Of a stretch of DNA of 64,000 nt, positions 53,689 through 64,000 are shown in pieces (within the stretch, counting starts at the first letter, position 1; each line of letters starts with the position of its first letter). The translations under genes were made by a program, and so were the position numbers. Source of the stretch: a virus; the IMG/VR virus record IMGVR_UViG_3300045988_133811, positions 72,790-136,789 of that record; one strand, 5' to 3'. Under the pieces are notes generated by a model. It was not told where the DNA came from. It saw nothing but the letters and a program-made list of their open reading frames with translations, and made no database searches.

Positions 53689-53744
53689 CAGATTTTGTTG
53701 CAGGAGTTAAAGACAAATATCCGTCAAAATTATTAAAAGGTCGC

Positions 53745-55235
53745 ATGGAGGCAGAGGGAAATGTAATCAGTTGTTTTTTTAAAGATATGTTGCTTTTGGA
53801 TGACACCACATTCGAACAGCACGATTTCATTACAAAAGATGGGCTTTTTTACTTTTCTATGCTCAAAAAATTACGTGAACAGGGCTTCTATTCTCTGGAT
53901 GAAATCACGATTTTATCCAACCTGTCTGAGAACGCTATAAAAAGATACACTGACATGGGAGGATGGGATTCTATTCAACATCAGATAGATATTATCAACA
54001 CACAGAATTTTGATGTGTATATCGACATTCTGTATAGAGAAAACACTATGCTGAAGATGTATGATGATGGATTTAACCTGTTCAAAGAGATAGACATTGA
54101 CGGCAAGAAAATCGTACCAGTAACACTTTTCAGAAGAATGACTGCCGAGGAAGTTACAGATTGGTATGATGCAAGACTAAGTACATATGGTACGGGATAT
54201 TCCAGTAAGATTCTGGAAGAAGAAGAAATTGATTTTGATGATGATTTTATTGATTCCTGCGTGGAAGGTGAAGAAAATGGAGTTCCATTTGATGTGGCAG
54301 GGATTGATATTAATGGCGAAGAAATGAACTGCTTTCCGTTCTTATCCAGACAGATCATGGGTATTCTTGAGGGAACACTTACTATGATGGGTGGATTCAG
54401 TAGTGCAGGTAAATCAACATGGTTTATCACTTTGCTTATGGCATTGCTGAATTATGATAGGAAAGTATTGATCATTTCAAACGAAGAAAAAGTAAAGAAA
54501 TTTAAAGTCAAGTTTATGATTTGGCTTTTGGCGAAGCATAATCGTTATTTTAAGTTGACAAAAAAGAAAATGATGTCTGGACAGATTGATGATGCAAGCC
54601 GAAGAGAACTAAAAGACGTGCAACAGTTATGGCGAGAACAGTATAAAGGCAGGGTAAAATTCTTACTTATCAATGATGCTGACATGACTGTTGTCAAGAA
54701 GAAAATCAGAGAGCATGTACTTCGCTATGGATATGACACAGTGTTGTATGACACTTTTAAGATTCAAGAAGGAGATTTTAAAGGCAATCGTACTGACTTA
54801 TCTTTGGTTCATGACAGTCGAGAGTTAGATAAACTTGCGAAAAAATATAACATTATCATGCTGGCATCTGTGCAGTTAGCAGAGTATATGAGAGGAAGAC
54901 TATTTCTTGATAGTTCTGTTCTTTCAAACTCTAAACAGATCAAAGAAGTATTAGAAAATCTTTTCTTGATGAGAACCGTGTATGATGAAGAGCTTGACGA
55001 AAAGAGCAAATTCTATTGCCGTCCATTTAGGCTAAAAAAAGTCAATGACAAATGGATTGAGGAGGAATATCATCCTGACCGCACTGCGGTATGGAGAGCT
55101 TTATTTGTTGAGAAATGTCGAAGCGGTTCAAACTCATCAGATACAGGAGTTGGTTATCTACTTAAATTCGATGGTGATCATTGTATCTTTAGAGAGGTTG
55201 CGCAGGCAAGATTTAAACATGGAGAGATTAAATAA
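53745..55235 (+). CDS. DnaB-like replicative DNA helicase
   Basis: Walker A GGFSSAGKSTWFITLL; RecA-like C-terminal domain; DnaB-like N-terminal domain. Confidence 0.7.
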   Translation: MEAEGNVISCFFKDMLLLDDTTFEQHDFITKDGLFYFSMLKKLREQGFYSLDEITILSNLSENAIKRYTDMGGWDSIQHQIDIINTQNFDVYIDILYRENTMLKMYDDGFNLFKEIDIDGKKIVPVTLFRRMTAEEVTDWYDARLSTYGTGYSSKILEEEEIDFDDDFIDSCVEGEENGVPFDVAGIDINGEEMNCFPFLSRQIMGILEGTLTMMGGFSSAGKSTWFITLLMALLNYDRKVLIISNEEKVKKFKVKFMIWLLAKHNRYFKLTKKKMMSGQIDDASRRELKDVQQLWREQYKGRVKFLLINDADMTVVKKKIREHVLRYGYDTVLYDTFKIQEGDFKGNRTDLSLVHDSRELDKLAKKYNIIMLASVQLAEYMRGRLFLDSSVLSNSKQIKEVLENLFLMRTVYDEELDEKSKFYCRPFRLKKVNDKWIEEEYHPDRTAVWRALFVEKCRSGSNSSDTGVGYLLKFDGDHCIFREVAQARFKHGEIK

Positions 55236-55256
55236 TTAAAATGTGCGGTGTGATAT

Positions 55257-56285
55257 ATGTTAGACAATATAAAAAAAGAACTATTGTCTAATCCTGAAAA
55301 AATAAGAGAAGTCTTGGAGCATTTTGATTATTGTCATGTAGTGATCAGAAACACATATATGTCATTTGGTCGAGATGAGGTTTCTTCAAAGAAGTCCATA
55401 GTAATCAATCTAAAAAATAACAAAGCGTTGTTTGTGCATGATTATGCTAGAGCAATCCAAAAAGATTTGTTTTCATATATTATGCAGCAACGTGGAGTTG
55501 ATTTTGCAGAGGTTTTAGGAGTTGTTAAAAACATCTTAGGGATTACTGATTACTATGATTTCTTTGATAGACAAGGTATTTTTGGCGGATTTTATGAAAG
55601 GATTAGAAATCACAATGTAGTTCGAATCCAAACTTATGATGAATCTATATTAGATAAATACAATAATGTAGGGAATTTAAGATTCCTTAAAGATAATATA
55701 TCACTTGAAGCACAAAGAACTTTTGGCATTCGGTTTGATACATCATCTCAAGGGATCGCAATTCCGATTAGAAATCAATTAGGACAACTAATTGGCGTAA
55801 AAGAAAGATTTAACTATGACGTTGAAGATGGTGAAATGAAATATTTCTACGATGTTCCGTGTCAAATGTCTCAAACATTATATGGATATTCTCAGAATTA
55901 TCAGTATTTAGCCAACGGTGTTGTGTTGATATTTGAGGCAGAGAAATCTGTAATGCAGTGTTTTACATATGGAATTAGAAACTGTGTGGCACTTGGCAGT
56001 GGAACAATCAGCAAGAAACAGGTGCAATTATTATTGGAATTAAATCCTAAAAAAGTAATATTTATGCATGATGTTGGCTATGATATTGAGAATATTATGA
56101 GAAATATTGACATGGTAAAAGGATACTCAAGATTTGCTGAGATTGAGTTAGGATACTGGGACTTTAAATTAAGTGAGTATTCCAATAAGGTATCACCGTC
56201 CGATATGGGAAAAGAAAAGTTAAATTACATATTAGAAAACGAAATAAAAATGATAGGGGATGAAGACGTCGAAGAAGAAATATAA
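55257..56285 (+). CDS. DNA primase (TOPRIM domain, DnaG-like)
   Basis: VLIFEAEKSVMQCF...KVIFMHDVGYD has the TOPRIM E...DxD arrangement. Confidence 0.6.
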   Translation: MLDNIKKELLSNPEKIREVLEHFDYCHVVIRNTYMSFGRDEVSSKKSIVINLKNNKALFVHDYARAIQKDLFSYIMQQRGVDFAEVLGVVKNILGITDYYDFFDRQGIFGGFYERIRNHNVVRIQTYDESILDKYNNVGNLRFLKDNISLEAQRTFGIRFDTSSQGIAIPIRNQLGQLIGVKERFNYDVEDGEMKYFYDVPCQMSQTLYGYSQNYQYLANGVVLIFEAEKSVMQCFTYGIRNCVALGSGTISKKQVQLLLELNPKKVIFMHDVGYDIENIMRNIDMVKGYSRFAEIELGYWDFKLSEYSNKVSPSDMGKEKLNYILENEIKMIGDEDVEEEI

Positions 56286-57879
56286 CATTTTGAACGATTG
56301 CAGAGGACTTTTTGAAGATGAGGTATTTGAAATTATCATGCAGGAGCGTGGTATTGATGATCCAGAGCATTTTCTAAATCCTACGGAAGATGATTTACTT
56401 CCTCTTGATGACTTAAAAAATATTGATAAAGCATATAAGCTTTTGGTAGATGCAGTATACAAAGATAAACGTATTGCAGTACATTTTGACACAGATACTG
56501 ACGGAGTTGCAGCGGGAACTATTATGACACGACATTTAAAAAACATGACAGAAAATCCAGTAGATGTATACATTAACCGAGGCAAACAGCATGGATTAGC
56601 AAATCAGGACATTGCTAAGTTTTATGGGTATGATTTACTGATTGTCGTTGATAGTTTGGATAAAGACGAGACTCAGTATAAGGATTTAAAAGAAACAGGA
56701 GTTGATGTGATTGTGTTAGATCACCATGCCATCGATCCAGATGTTCCTTATGACAACTATTGCACATTAGTTTCTTCTCAGAGAGAATATGAAAATCCAC
56801 AGCTATCTGGCGCAGGTGTTGTTTGGAAGTTTTGCAAGTATATTGATGAGCAGAATGGTACAGATTATGCAGATGATTTGGTCGATCTAGCAGGCGTTGG
56901 GCTGATTGCAGATATGATGGATATGAGAGTAATGGAGAATCGTTACATTGTATCCGAAGCTTTGAAAGAAATTAGAAATCCTGCGATTAAGAAGATTATT
57001 GGTGGATTTGAATTCAACAGCACAGCAGTTGCTTTTAGTATTGCACCGTTGGTTAATGCTGCAAACAGAATGGATCAGAATGAAATTGCTCTAAATGCTT
57101 TCCTTGAAGATGACAATAAAAAGTTACGAGGATATATTAAACAGTTAAAGCAATGCAAAGAAGACCAAAATGAAGAGGTCGCACAGCTGATGCCAATGAT
57201 TGCAGAGCAGTGTGAGGCTCAGAGTGATAAAAAGATGATCACAACTTTTATTGACACTGATTATGGTATTTCTGGATTAATTGGGAACAAGTTACTTGAA
57301 AAATATCAGAAACCGATTCTTGTGCTAAAGAAAAATGAAGATACATACGCAGGATCTATGCGAGCTGTTGGTGTCAAAGACTTTAGACAGATGTGTAATG
57401 ATAGTCAATTGGCTGAAGCGAATGGACATGAACTTGCCAGTGGTATTGAAATTCCTAGAAAGAACTTTACCGAGTTCACCTCTTATATAGAAGAAACTCT
57501 TCCAGATAAACCAGAAGATACAACAGTTGATGTCGATATTATGCTTGATATTTCAGACATTACAAGAAAAATGGTTGACACGATTAAGAAAATTGATCGT
57601 ATTTCTGGGCAGGGATTTAAGCCTGTAAGAGTTTATATTGAAGAGATTGACGACTATGACATTGGTCAGATGAGCAATTATAAACATCTTGTCCTGAAAC
57701 CATGTAACAATGATAAATTGTGGATCATTAAATGGAACTATGATGGATCGTTTGAGGATATGGAAGACCATTCTATGATGAATGATGAGTTTTGTGCAGT
57801 TACTACACTTGATTGCGGATTCTTTGGAAGAAAGTTTGTGCTGAAAGCTGTGTGTGATTCACTTGAAGAGGTGGGATGA
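56260..57879 (+). CDS. RecJ-like DHH-family single-strand exonuclease
   Basis: RIAVHFDTDTDGVAAGTIM (DxDxDG), LLIVVDS, DVIVLDHHAI (DHH). RecJ-like N-terminal LLxxRGI context (IMQERGID). Start uncertain. Confidence 0.65.
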   Translation: MKTSKKKYNILNDCRGLFEDEVFEIIMQERGIDDPEHFLNPTEDDLLPLDDLKNIDKAYKLLVDAVYKDKRIAVHFDTDTDGVAAGTIMTRHLKNMTENPVDVYINRGKQHGLANQDIAKFYGYDLLIVVDSLDKDETQYKDLKETGVDVIVLDHHAIDPDVPYDNYCTLVSSQREYENPQLSGAGVVWKFCKYIDEQNGTDYADDLVDLAGVGLIADMMDMRVMENRYIVSEALKEIRNPAIKKIIGGFEFNSTAVAFSIAPLVNAANRMDQNEIALNAFLEDDNKKLRGYIKQLKQCKEDQNEEVAQLMPMIAEQCEAQSDKKMITTFIDTDYGISGLIGNKLLEKYQKPILVLKKNEDTYAGSMRAVGVKDFRQMCNDSQLAEANGHELASGIEIPRKNFTEFTSYIEETLPDKPEDTTVDVDIMLDISDITRKMVDTIKKIDRISGQGFKPVRVYIEEIDDYDIGQMSNYKHLVLKPCNNDKLWIIKWNYDGSFEDMEDHSMMNDEFCAVTTLDCGFFGRKFVLKAVCDSLEEVG

Positions 57880-57881
57880 TT

Positions 57882-59141
57882 ATGGCAGGAAAAGAAGTAT
57901 TTTGTTCAGTCTGCGGTTTATCATCTACTTTGGACGGACATTTTTGGAAAGAAAAGAAGTTGTGCAACAGACACAATATGCAGTTAGAAAAACATGGAAA
58001 ACTGTTAGATAAAGATATAGTGATCCCTAAAAAGAGGCATAGATGGACTCCAGAAGAAGAAGTCAGATTAGAAGAGTTGTATAAACAAGGAGTTTCTTTT
58101 GAAAAAATTAGTAAACAAATGAATCTATCCGTGGCAGCCATAGCGGCTCGAAGTCGTCATTTGAATCTTGGCAATAAGTATATGAGGTCTAATAATCCTA
58201 ATTTTAAAGCCACATATCAGGATTATGATTGGTGTTATGAAAGATATGTTGTTAAGGGAATGACTCATCAAGAAATGGCAGATGAATGTGGTGCCTCGTT
58301 AAGAGTTATTCAGAAATGGTGTTCTGAAGTTCATAAATTAAATTGTTGGACTTTCAAAAACAATAAGACATTAACCGATAAACAGTATCAAATTATTTTA
58401 TTTGGCACATTAGGAGATGGGCATATTGATAAGAGAGAGACGCAACCTTTGTATATTGAATGTCATTCTATAGCAGAAAAGGATTACGTGTTTTGGAAAT
58501 ATGAAGAATTAAAAGATTTATGTAACTCTGAGCCAAAGTATTATGAAGGTGGCTATAAAGATTTTGGTTCTGGTACAAAGTATTGGTGTAAACCACATTA
58601 CAGATTTGAGACAAGAATTATTAATCAATTGAAGGACATTCGAGACATGCCAAGAATCAATAAGATTTGGCAATTGAATGAATTTGGATTATCTCTTCAT
58701 TGCTTAGACGATGGATGCAGAGGTAAATCAGCGTGGGAATTATGTTTGGCAGAATATACTCAGCAAGAAATTGATTTATATATCAAGCTGTGTAAAAAGA
58801 GATTTGGGTTATATGCTAAACAGCAGACAGATAAAAGATATATAAGATTTGATTCAGATTCAAGTAGAATTATTGATCAAATTATTTTAAACAATATTCC
58901 TAATTCGCTTGACATTATCAAAAAGAAGATATTAGAAAACGATAAAATTTCTAAAAAAGTAAGATACATTTATGTTGTCATGCAGAACGGAGAACAGATT
59001 GGTTTATCTACATATTGTAGATCTCATGGTATTCCATATGAAAAGACAAGAAAATATGTCATTGAGCACAATATCTCTCGAATTCAAGAAGCTGATCTAC
59101 TAAATAGATTAAAAGCTGGAGGATTAATGAATGCGGTATAA
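57882..59141 (+). CDS. LAGLIDADG-type homing endonuclease-like protein with an N-terminal zinc finger and a Myb/SANT-like helix
   Basis: Track frame 57876..59141. CSVCGL...CNRHN; WTPEEEVRLEELYKQGVSFEKISKQMN (Myb-like); ILFGTLGDGHID and LHCLDDGCRG (two LAGLIDADG-like motifs). Confidence 0.5.
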   Translation: MAGKEVFCSVCGLSSTLDGHFWKEKKLCNRHNMQLEKHGKLLDKDIVIPKKRHRWTPEEEVRLEELYKQGVSFEKISKQMNLSVAAIAARSRHLNLGNKYMRSNNPNFKATYQDYDWCYERYVVKGMTHQEMADECGASLRVIQKWCSEVHKLNCWTFKNNKTLTDKQYQIILFGTLGDGHIDKRETQPLYIECHSIAEKDYVFWKYEELKDLCNSEPKYYEGGYKDFGSGTKYWCKPHYRFETRIINQLKDIRDMPRINKIWQLNEFGLSLHCLDDGCRGKSAWELCLAEYTQQEIDLYIKLCKKRFGLYAKQQTDKRYIRFDSDSSRIIDQIILNNIPNSLDIIKKKILENDKISKKVRYIYVVMQNGEQIGLSTYCRSHGIPYEKTRKYVIEHNISRIQEADLLNRLKAGGLMNAV

Positions 59142-62100
59142 CAATTATCATAAACACGATCATGTGTCAAATATCTTTACCCCAGATACAAATACTAAAC
59201 AAGAAGAGTATATTCTTAAAGCATTGGAGTATGGGCATACAAGTTATTATAGTACGAATCATGGCAGTTTTGGAGATATCTTTGAAGCCAGAACATTGTG
59301 TAATAAGTATGGATTGCGTTGTATTGCAGGCATCGAAGGATATATTGTCCCAAATGCGTCGCAAAAAGACAAAAGGAATTATCATATTATAGTGATCCCT
59401 AAAACCGATGAAGCCAGAAAGAAGATGAATTATGTATCAAGTATGGCAAACATCAAAGGGTTTTATTATAAACCAAGATTTTTTTTATCTGATTTATTAA
59501 AACTTGATCCCAATGATGTTTATATTACAACTGCATGTGTAGCAGGATTATTACGAGATGAGGATTCAATTAATGAGATTTTTATGCCTCTATATAAGCA
59601 TTTTAAAGAAAATGTAATGCTAGAAGTTCAGACTCATGATGATCCGTTGCAAATTGAAATCAATAAAAAGGCAATATATCTGTCTGATCAATATGGGTTA
59701 AGCTTAATTGCTGCAAATGATTCACACTATATTGACGAATCAGGCAAAGAAGAACGTCTGGAATTATTGCGAGGTAAACATATCAATTACGGCAGTGAAG
59801 ACGATTTTATATTAGATTATCCTACTGCTGAAACAATGATTGAAAGATTCAAAAAACAAGGCGTTTTGACAGATAGACAAATCTCAGATGCATTAAATAA
59901 CACATTGTTGTTTGATGAATGTGAAGAAATACAACTCGATTATTCAATTAAAATGCCTACGATTTATCCTAACTTGACTCCCGAACAAAGAGTGGGTCTT
60001 CTAAAAAAAGAAGTAAATAAACGGTTCAAGGAGATTCGAAAAGAAGAACATATTGAAGGAGAAGAGTTTAAAAAATATAAAGATGGAATTCGATATGAGA
60101 TGAAAATCATCGAGGATACTAACGATGAAATACATACAGCGGACTATTTTTTGTTTAATGAGAAAAATGTAGATCTTGCAGTTAATAAATATGGTGGTGT
60201 ATTGACTCGTGGTGGAAGAGGTAGTTGCGGTTCCTTCTATATAAATAGGATATTGGGAATGACACAACTAGATAGATTTAAAATTAATCTTCCGCTTTTC
60301 CCAGACAGATTTGCTTCTACTGCCAGATTGCTAGAGAATCGCTCATTGCCCGATATAGATTTTAACGTAAAATCCCAAGAACCATTTATTAAAGCTTCAA
60401 GGGAATTGCTTGGTGAACACGGGTGTTATCCAATGTATGCACCAGGAACCATGCAAATATCTGAAGCATTTAGAAATGTATGTAGATCTAAGAATATGTC
60501 ATTTGACGAATTTAATCATGTGGCAAAAAATCTGGAAGAATATCAAGATGATCCGAAATGGAAACCGATTATCGAAGAGGCAAATCGCTATGTTGGAACA
60601 ATTATATCTGGTTCTGTACATCCTTGCGCCCATATTTTAAGCAACACTAATTTGCTTTATGAGTACGGTGTTACTCGTTTAGGTGAAAACGTATGTGTTT
60701 TAATTACTTCATCTGAAGCAGATGAATATAAGGTACTTAAAAACGATTATCTTATCGTCACGGTCTGGAAGCTTATTGACGAAACATTTAAAGAGATTGG
60801 AATTCCGATTATTAAGGCAAATGAATTATTGGATAAAATTAAAGATGATCAGAGAATATGGGATTTATTTAAAAATGGTATTACATGTACTTTAAATCAG
60901 GTTGATAGCGACAATGGATGTAGACAAGCAAAACAGTATGGTATTTCGTCATTTGAGGATGGCGCCCATATTGCAGCAGCCATAAGACCGTCTTTTGATT
61001 CATGGAGAGAACAGTTTTTAGATAGAAAACCATATACAACTGGTTCAGATCAGCTAGACAATGTTTTGAAAGATACTCATGGATACATTTTATTTCAAGA
61101 ATCATTAATGCAATATTTTGACTGGTTAGGGGTTAGCCCAGCTGAATCTATTGGTTTAATTAAGAAAATTTCCAAGAAAAAAATTAAACAATCGGATTTT
61201 GATAATCTTGAGGAAAGAATCAAAAAGCAATGGATTATTAATACTGGCTCAGAAGAAATGTTTTCCGAAACATGGCATTTGGTACAAAGTTGTATGAGCT
61301 ACGGATTTTGTTCAGCCCATGCAGCAGCAACCTCATTGGACATGTGTTATGGAGCATATCTAAAGGTCAATTATCCTTACGAATACTACAGTGTTTGCTT
61401 CAATAATTACGTTGGAGACAAAGAACGAACTAATAAACTGACAAATGAGTTAGAGTATTTTGGTATTAAATTAAGTGATATTAAGTTTAGGCACTCTAAC
61501 TCAAAATATTCTTATGATAAAGAAACCCATACAATATTCAAAGGCATGTCTTCTATAAAATTTGTTGGGGACAATGTTGGAGAAGAATTATATGAATTGC
61601 GAGACAATCAATATGATTCTTTTATAGATTTGTTGCAAGATATCTCTAATACATCTGTCAATTCTAAACAGTTGGATATTTTAATTAAATTAGATTTCTT
61701 TTCTGAGTTTGGGGATATTAATTATTTGCTCAAACAAGTTGAATGTTATGACAAATTCTATGGCAGAAAACAGTTTACAATTTCGAAGCTCCAAAAAGAA
61801 GGCGAAGATATTGAATTAATCAAAAAGTATTGTCAGAAACAGACAGAAAAAACATTGAAAGAATTTGATTATATTGGATTTTTGAAAGTTATGACATCAA
61901 GTATGGCATATTCACCAGTTTCAATAACTGAACGGATGGATTATCAGAAAGAATATATTGGTTACATCAGTTACATTAACCCAAACATCAGCAAGCGATA
62001 TTACTATGTCAAAGATTTATCTGTAACAAAATCCATCGTTAACATTCAATTATATGAAATTTACTCTGGAAAAACACAGAAAGTAAAAATGTGGACAACC

Positions 62101-62295
62101 CAATATAAGAAGAATCCATTCGATGAAGGAGATATTCTATATCTGAAATCAGTTGAGAAGAAACATAAAAAAGAACCAACTGGGGAGATCAATACAAAAA
62201 CAGGAAAGAAAATCTACAAAGATGTACCAGATAAATTTGAGTTTTGGCTTAAGAATTTCACTATTAAAAATGACGCAGAGGAGGAATTAATATAA
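59131..62295 (+). CDS. dnaE: DNA polymerase III alpha subunit (DnaE-type, N-terminal PHP domain)
   Basis: N-terminus YHKHDHVSNIFTPDTNTKQEEYILKALEYGHTSYYSTNHGSFGDI (PHP HxH motif); 1054 aa. Confidence 0.75.
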   Translation: MRYNNYHKHDHVSNIFTPDTNTKQEEYILKALEYGHTSYYSTNHGSFGDIFEARTLCNKYGLRCIAGIEGYIVPNASQKDKRNYHIIVIPKTDEARKKMNYVSSMANIKGFYYKPRFFLSDLLKLDPNDVYITTACVAGLLRDEDSINEIFMPLYKHFKENVMLEVQTHDDPLQIEINKKAIYLSDQYGLSLIAANDSHYIDESGKEERLELLRGKHINYGSEDDFILDYPTAETMIERFKKQGVLTDRQISDALNNTLLFDECEEIQLDYSIKMPTIYPNLTPEQRVGLLKKEVNKRFKEIRKEEHIEGEEFKKYKDGIRYEMKIIEDTNDEIHTADYFLFNEKNVDLAVNKYGGVLTRGGRGSCGSFYINRILGMTQLDRFKINLPLFPDRFASTARLLENRSLPDIDFNVKSQEPFIKASRELLGEHGCYPMYAPGTMQISEAFRNVCRSKNMSFDEFNHVAKNLEEYQDDPKWKPIIEEANRYVGTIISGSVHPCAHILSNTNLLYEYGVTRLGENVCVLITSSEADEYKVLKNDYLIVTVWKLIDETFKEIGIPIIKANELLDKIKDDQRIWDLFKNGITCTLNQVDSDNGCRQAKQYGISSFEDGAHIAAAIRPSFDSWREQFLDRKPYTTGSDQLDNVLKDTHGYILFQESLMQYFDWLGVSPAESIGLIKKISKKKIKQSDFDNLEERIKKQWIINTGSEEMFSETWHLVQSCMSYGFCSAHAAATSLDMCYGAYLKVNYPYEYYSVCFNNYVGDKERTNKLTNELEYFGIKLSDIKFRHSNSKYSYDKETHTIFKGMSSIKFVGDNVGEELYELRDNQYDSFIDLLQDISNTSVNSKQLDILIKLDFFSEFGDINYLLKQVECYDKFYGRKQFTISKLQKEGEDIELIKKYCQKQTEKTLKEFDYIGFLKVMTSSMAYSPVSITERMDYQKEYIGYISYINPNISKRYYYVKDLSVTKSIVNIQLYEIYSGKTQKVKMWTTQYKKNPFDEGDILYLKSVEKKHKKEPTGEINTKTGKKIYKDVPDKFEFWLKNFTIKNDAEEELI

Positions 62296-62345
62296 TTCAA
62301 TTTTACAAATATACCGACAAGGAAATCAAAGAACTCATCAGCTCG

Positions 62346-62828
62346 ATGACAATCCTGGTTGACACAAGGGAGCAAAAGGCTGATCATATCATAGGTTACT
62401 TCGATAGAAAAAGCGTAAATCATAAAAAGAAAGCATTGAATTATGGAGACTACAGTTTCCTGATTCCTGCAAATGAAAAGCTTGGTATTCAGAGAGATAT
62501 GTATTTTGACAGCAAAGTATGTGTTGAGCGCAAAGGAAGTCTTGAAGAAATCAGTGGCAATTTATCAAAAGATCGTGCCAGATTTGAAAAAGAGTTAAGT
62601 CTTGCACCAGAGACAAAAGTTATTCTGCTTGAAAACGCCAATTACTCAGATATTGCAGATGGCAATTACAACACGCAATATAACAAGAAATCATTCATCG
62701 GATCATTGCATAGCTTCTGGTTCAAATACGATGTGCCGATATTCTTCATGCCAGATAATAAATATTCTGGGCTGTTTATTAGATTGTATTTTGAGTATTA
62801 CTTTAAAAATTATTTAAAAGGGAAATGA
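62346..62828 (+). CDS. ERCC4-type nuclease (Mus81/Hef-like; putative junction resolvase)
   Basis: ILVDTREQ ... YGDYSF ... VCVERKGSLEEISGNLSKDRARFE is the ERCC4 ERK signature. Confidence 0.6.
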   Translation: MTILVDTREQKADHIIGYFDRKSVNHKKKALNYGDYSFLIPANEKLGIQRDMYFDSKVCVERKGSLEEISGNLSKDRARFEKELSLAPETKVILLENANYSDIADGNYNTQYNKKSFIGSLHSFWFKYDVPIFFMPDNKYSGLFIRLYFEYYFKNYLKGK

Positions 62829-62843
62829 GGTGCTGCCTAAATA

Positions 62844-64000
62844 ATGGAGAGTCAGACATGCGGAAAGGTATGCGAGTTTGAAATGATTCCTACATATCAG
62901 ATATTTTATAATGAAGAATCAATGTTTGGTATCTATGCGTTTTGTACAAAAGATCAGATACCACAATTCAGTCCATACAATGATAATAAATTTGATGACT
63001 CAGGAGATAAAGAATATGTTGCAAGTAAACTTGTTGGAGAAGTTCAACAGTTATATATTGGGACAAAGTATAATGTAAAAGCGACATGTATTTATTCTCA
63101 AAAATATCATGAATATCAATATAAACCGATTTCGGTTGTTGCAGACGTTCCAAAAACACAGACTGATCAGCTAATGTTTTTGAAAACGCAAGCTAAAGAA
63201 TTAGTCGCAGAAGGTTTGCTTGCCGTATATCCAAATATTATTGAGGATGTTATGGCAGGCAAATGTAAGACGATTGACACATCTATGATTAAAGGACTTG
63301 GCAACAAGACATGGGCGAAGCTCAGAGAGAAGATCATTAATAATTATGTGATTTCCGAGGTTGTAGTTATGCTACAGCCTCATGGGATTACCTTTAATAT
63401 GATTAAGAAATTAGTAGAAGCTGAGCCAGATCCAGAAAAGTTAAAATATAAAATCAACACAAATCCTTACATTTTGACTAAGATCAGAGGTCTTGGATTT
63501 AAGAAAGTTGATGATATTGCTTTAAAGATTCGTCCAGAGTTGAGAGATTCCAAGTATCGACTTGATTATTTTATGACGTATTATTTAACGAATCTTGGCG
63601 AGAGTGACGGGCATACATATATGGCAATTGCCACGTTGCGATCAGAAGTTAGTGCAACAGTTGGAGAATGTCTGCATATATTTGACGATTATGTGGAAAA
63701 TGATTTTCCTTCAGACATCTATGTTAGTGGCGAACTAATTGGTTTGAAAAAGTACCATGACACAGAAATGAATATACTGGCATTGTTGCAAGAACGCAGA
63801 GATACCAATTCTACCAAGAAGAAAGAGATAATCACTGTAAACGAAATTGGACAAGTTATTGCTGAAGTTGAAAAAGAAGAAGGATTTACTTTTAGTGAAG
63901 AACAAAACAAAGGTATTTATACTGCATTACAAACAAATGTCATCTTGATTAGTGGTGAAGCTGGAACTGGTAAAACTACCTTATTAAAGCCGATCATCAG
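62844..64000 (+). CDS. RecD-like ATP-dependent DNA helicase (N-terminal part; continues beyond the window)
   Basis: RBS gaaatgaggtg + ATG 62844; Walker A ISGEAGTGKTTLL near the window end; HhH-like N-terminal region. Absent from the ORF track because there is no stop in the window. Confidence 0.55.
   Translation, partial: MESQTCGKVCEFEMIPTYQIFYNEESMFGIYAFCTKDQIPQFSPYNDNKFDDSGDKEYVASKLVGEVQQLYIGTKYNVKATCIYSQKYHEYQYKPISVVADVPKTQTDQLMFLKTQAKELVAEGLLAVYPNIIEDVMAGKCKTIDTSMIKGLGNKTWAKLREKIINNYVISEVVVMLQPHGITFNMIKKLVEAEPDPEKLKYKINTNPYILTKIRGLGFKKVDDIALKIRPELRDSKYRLDYFMTYYLTNLGESDGHTYMAIATLRSEVSATVGECLHIFDDYVENDFPSDIYVSGELIGLKKYHDTEMNILALLQERRDTNSTKKKEIITVNEIGQVIAEVEKEEGFTFSEEQNKGIYTALQTNVILISGEAGTGKTTLLKPII

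Overview
This window looks like a contiguous piece of a large, low-GC (roughly one-third GC), Firmicutes-type phage or prophage genome. Almost every gene is on the + strand, tightly packed, with strong GGAGG-like ribosome-binding sites and many short early-type ORFs. The exceptions are two minus-strand HTH (XRE-type) regulator genes that each sit divergent to a promoter region.

Recognisable modules, in order:
- a divergent repressor/promoter switch (1-1200) with a duplicated promoter-operator unit;
- a long run of small hypothetical early genes (1.3-11 kb);
- a HicA/HicB toxin-antitoxin pair;
- three Bro-N/KilA-type antirepressor paralogs;
- a GIY-YIG nuclease;
- a DnaD-like replication initiator;
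- a tyrosine recombinase and a metallophosphoesterase;
- an apparently orphan MazF/PemK-like toxin behind an operator-embedded promoter;
- a radical-SAM protein with RlmN/Cfr-like motifs;
- a flotillin (SPFH) protein plus a coiled-coil membrane protein;
- a tRNA-like gene split by about 70 nt in its anticodon arm;
- two ECF-like sigma factors;
- a nucleotidyltransferase next to a HigA-like HTH protein;
- a nucleoside deoxyribosyltransferase-like protein and a PcfJ-like protein;
- a replication block: SSB-like protein, DnaB-like helicase, DnaG-like primase, RecJ-like DHH exonuclease, a LAGLIDADG/Myb homing-endonuclease-like gene, DnaE-type Pol III alpha, an ERCC4-type nuclease and a RecD-like helicase.

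The most striking locus is at 38.5-41.0 kb. A compact (544 aa) TnpB/Cas12-like RuvC nuclease is followed directly by three tandem modules. Each module is a structured tracrRNA-like scaffold plus a mini CRISPR-like repeat-spacer array. The three modules use three different 36-nt repeat families. In each scaffold the predicted anti-repeat changes to match its own repeat, which is strong comparative evidence for a multiplexed guide-RNA system on a phage.

All functional calls come from motif recognition by eye. Nothing was checked against a database.
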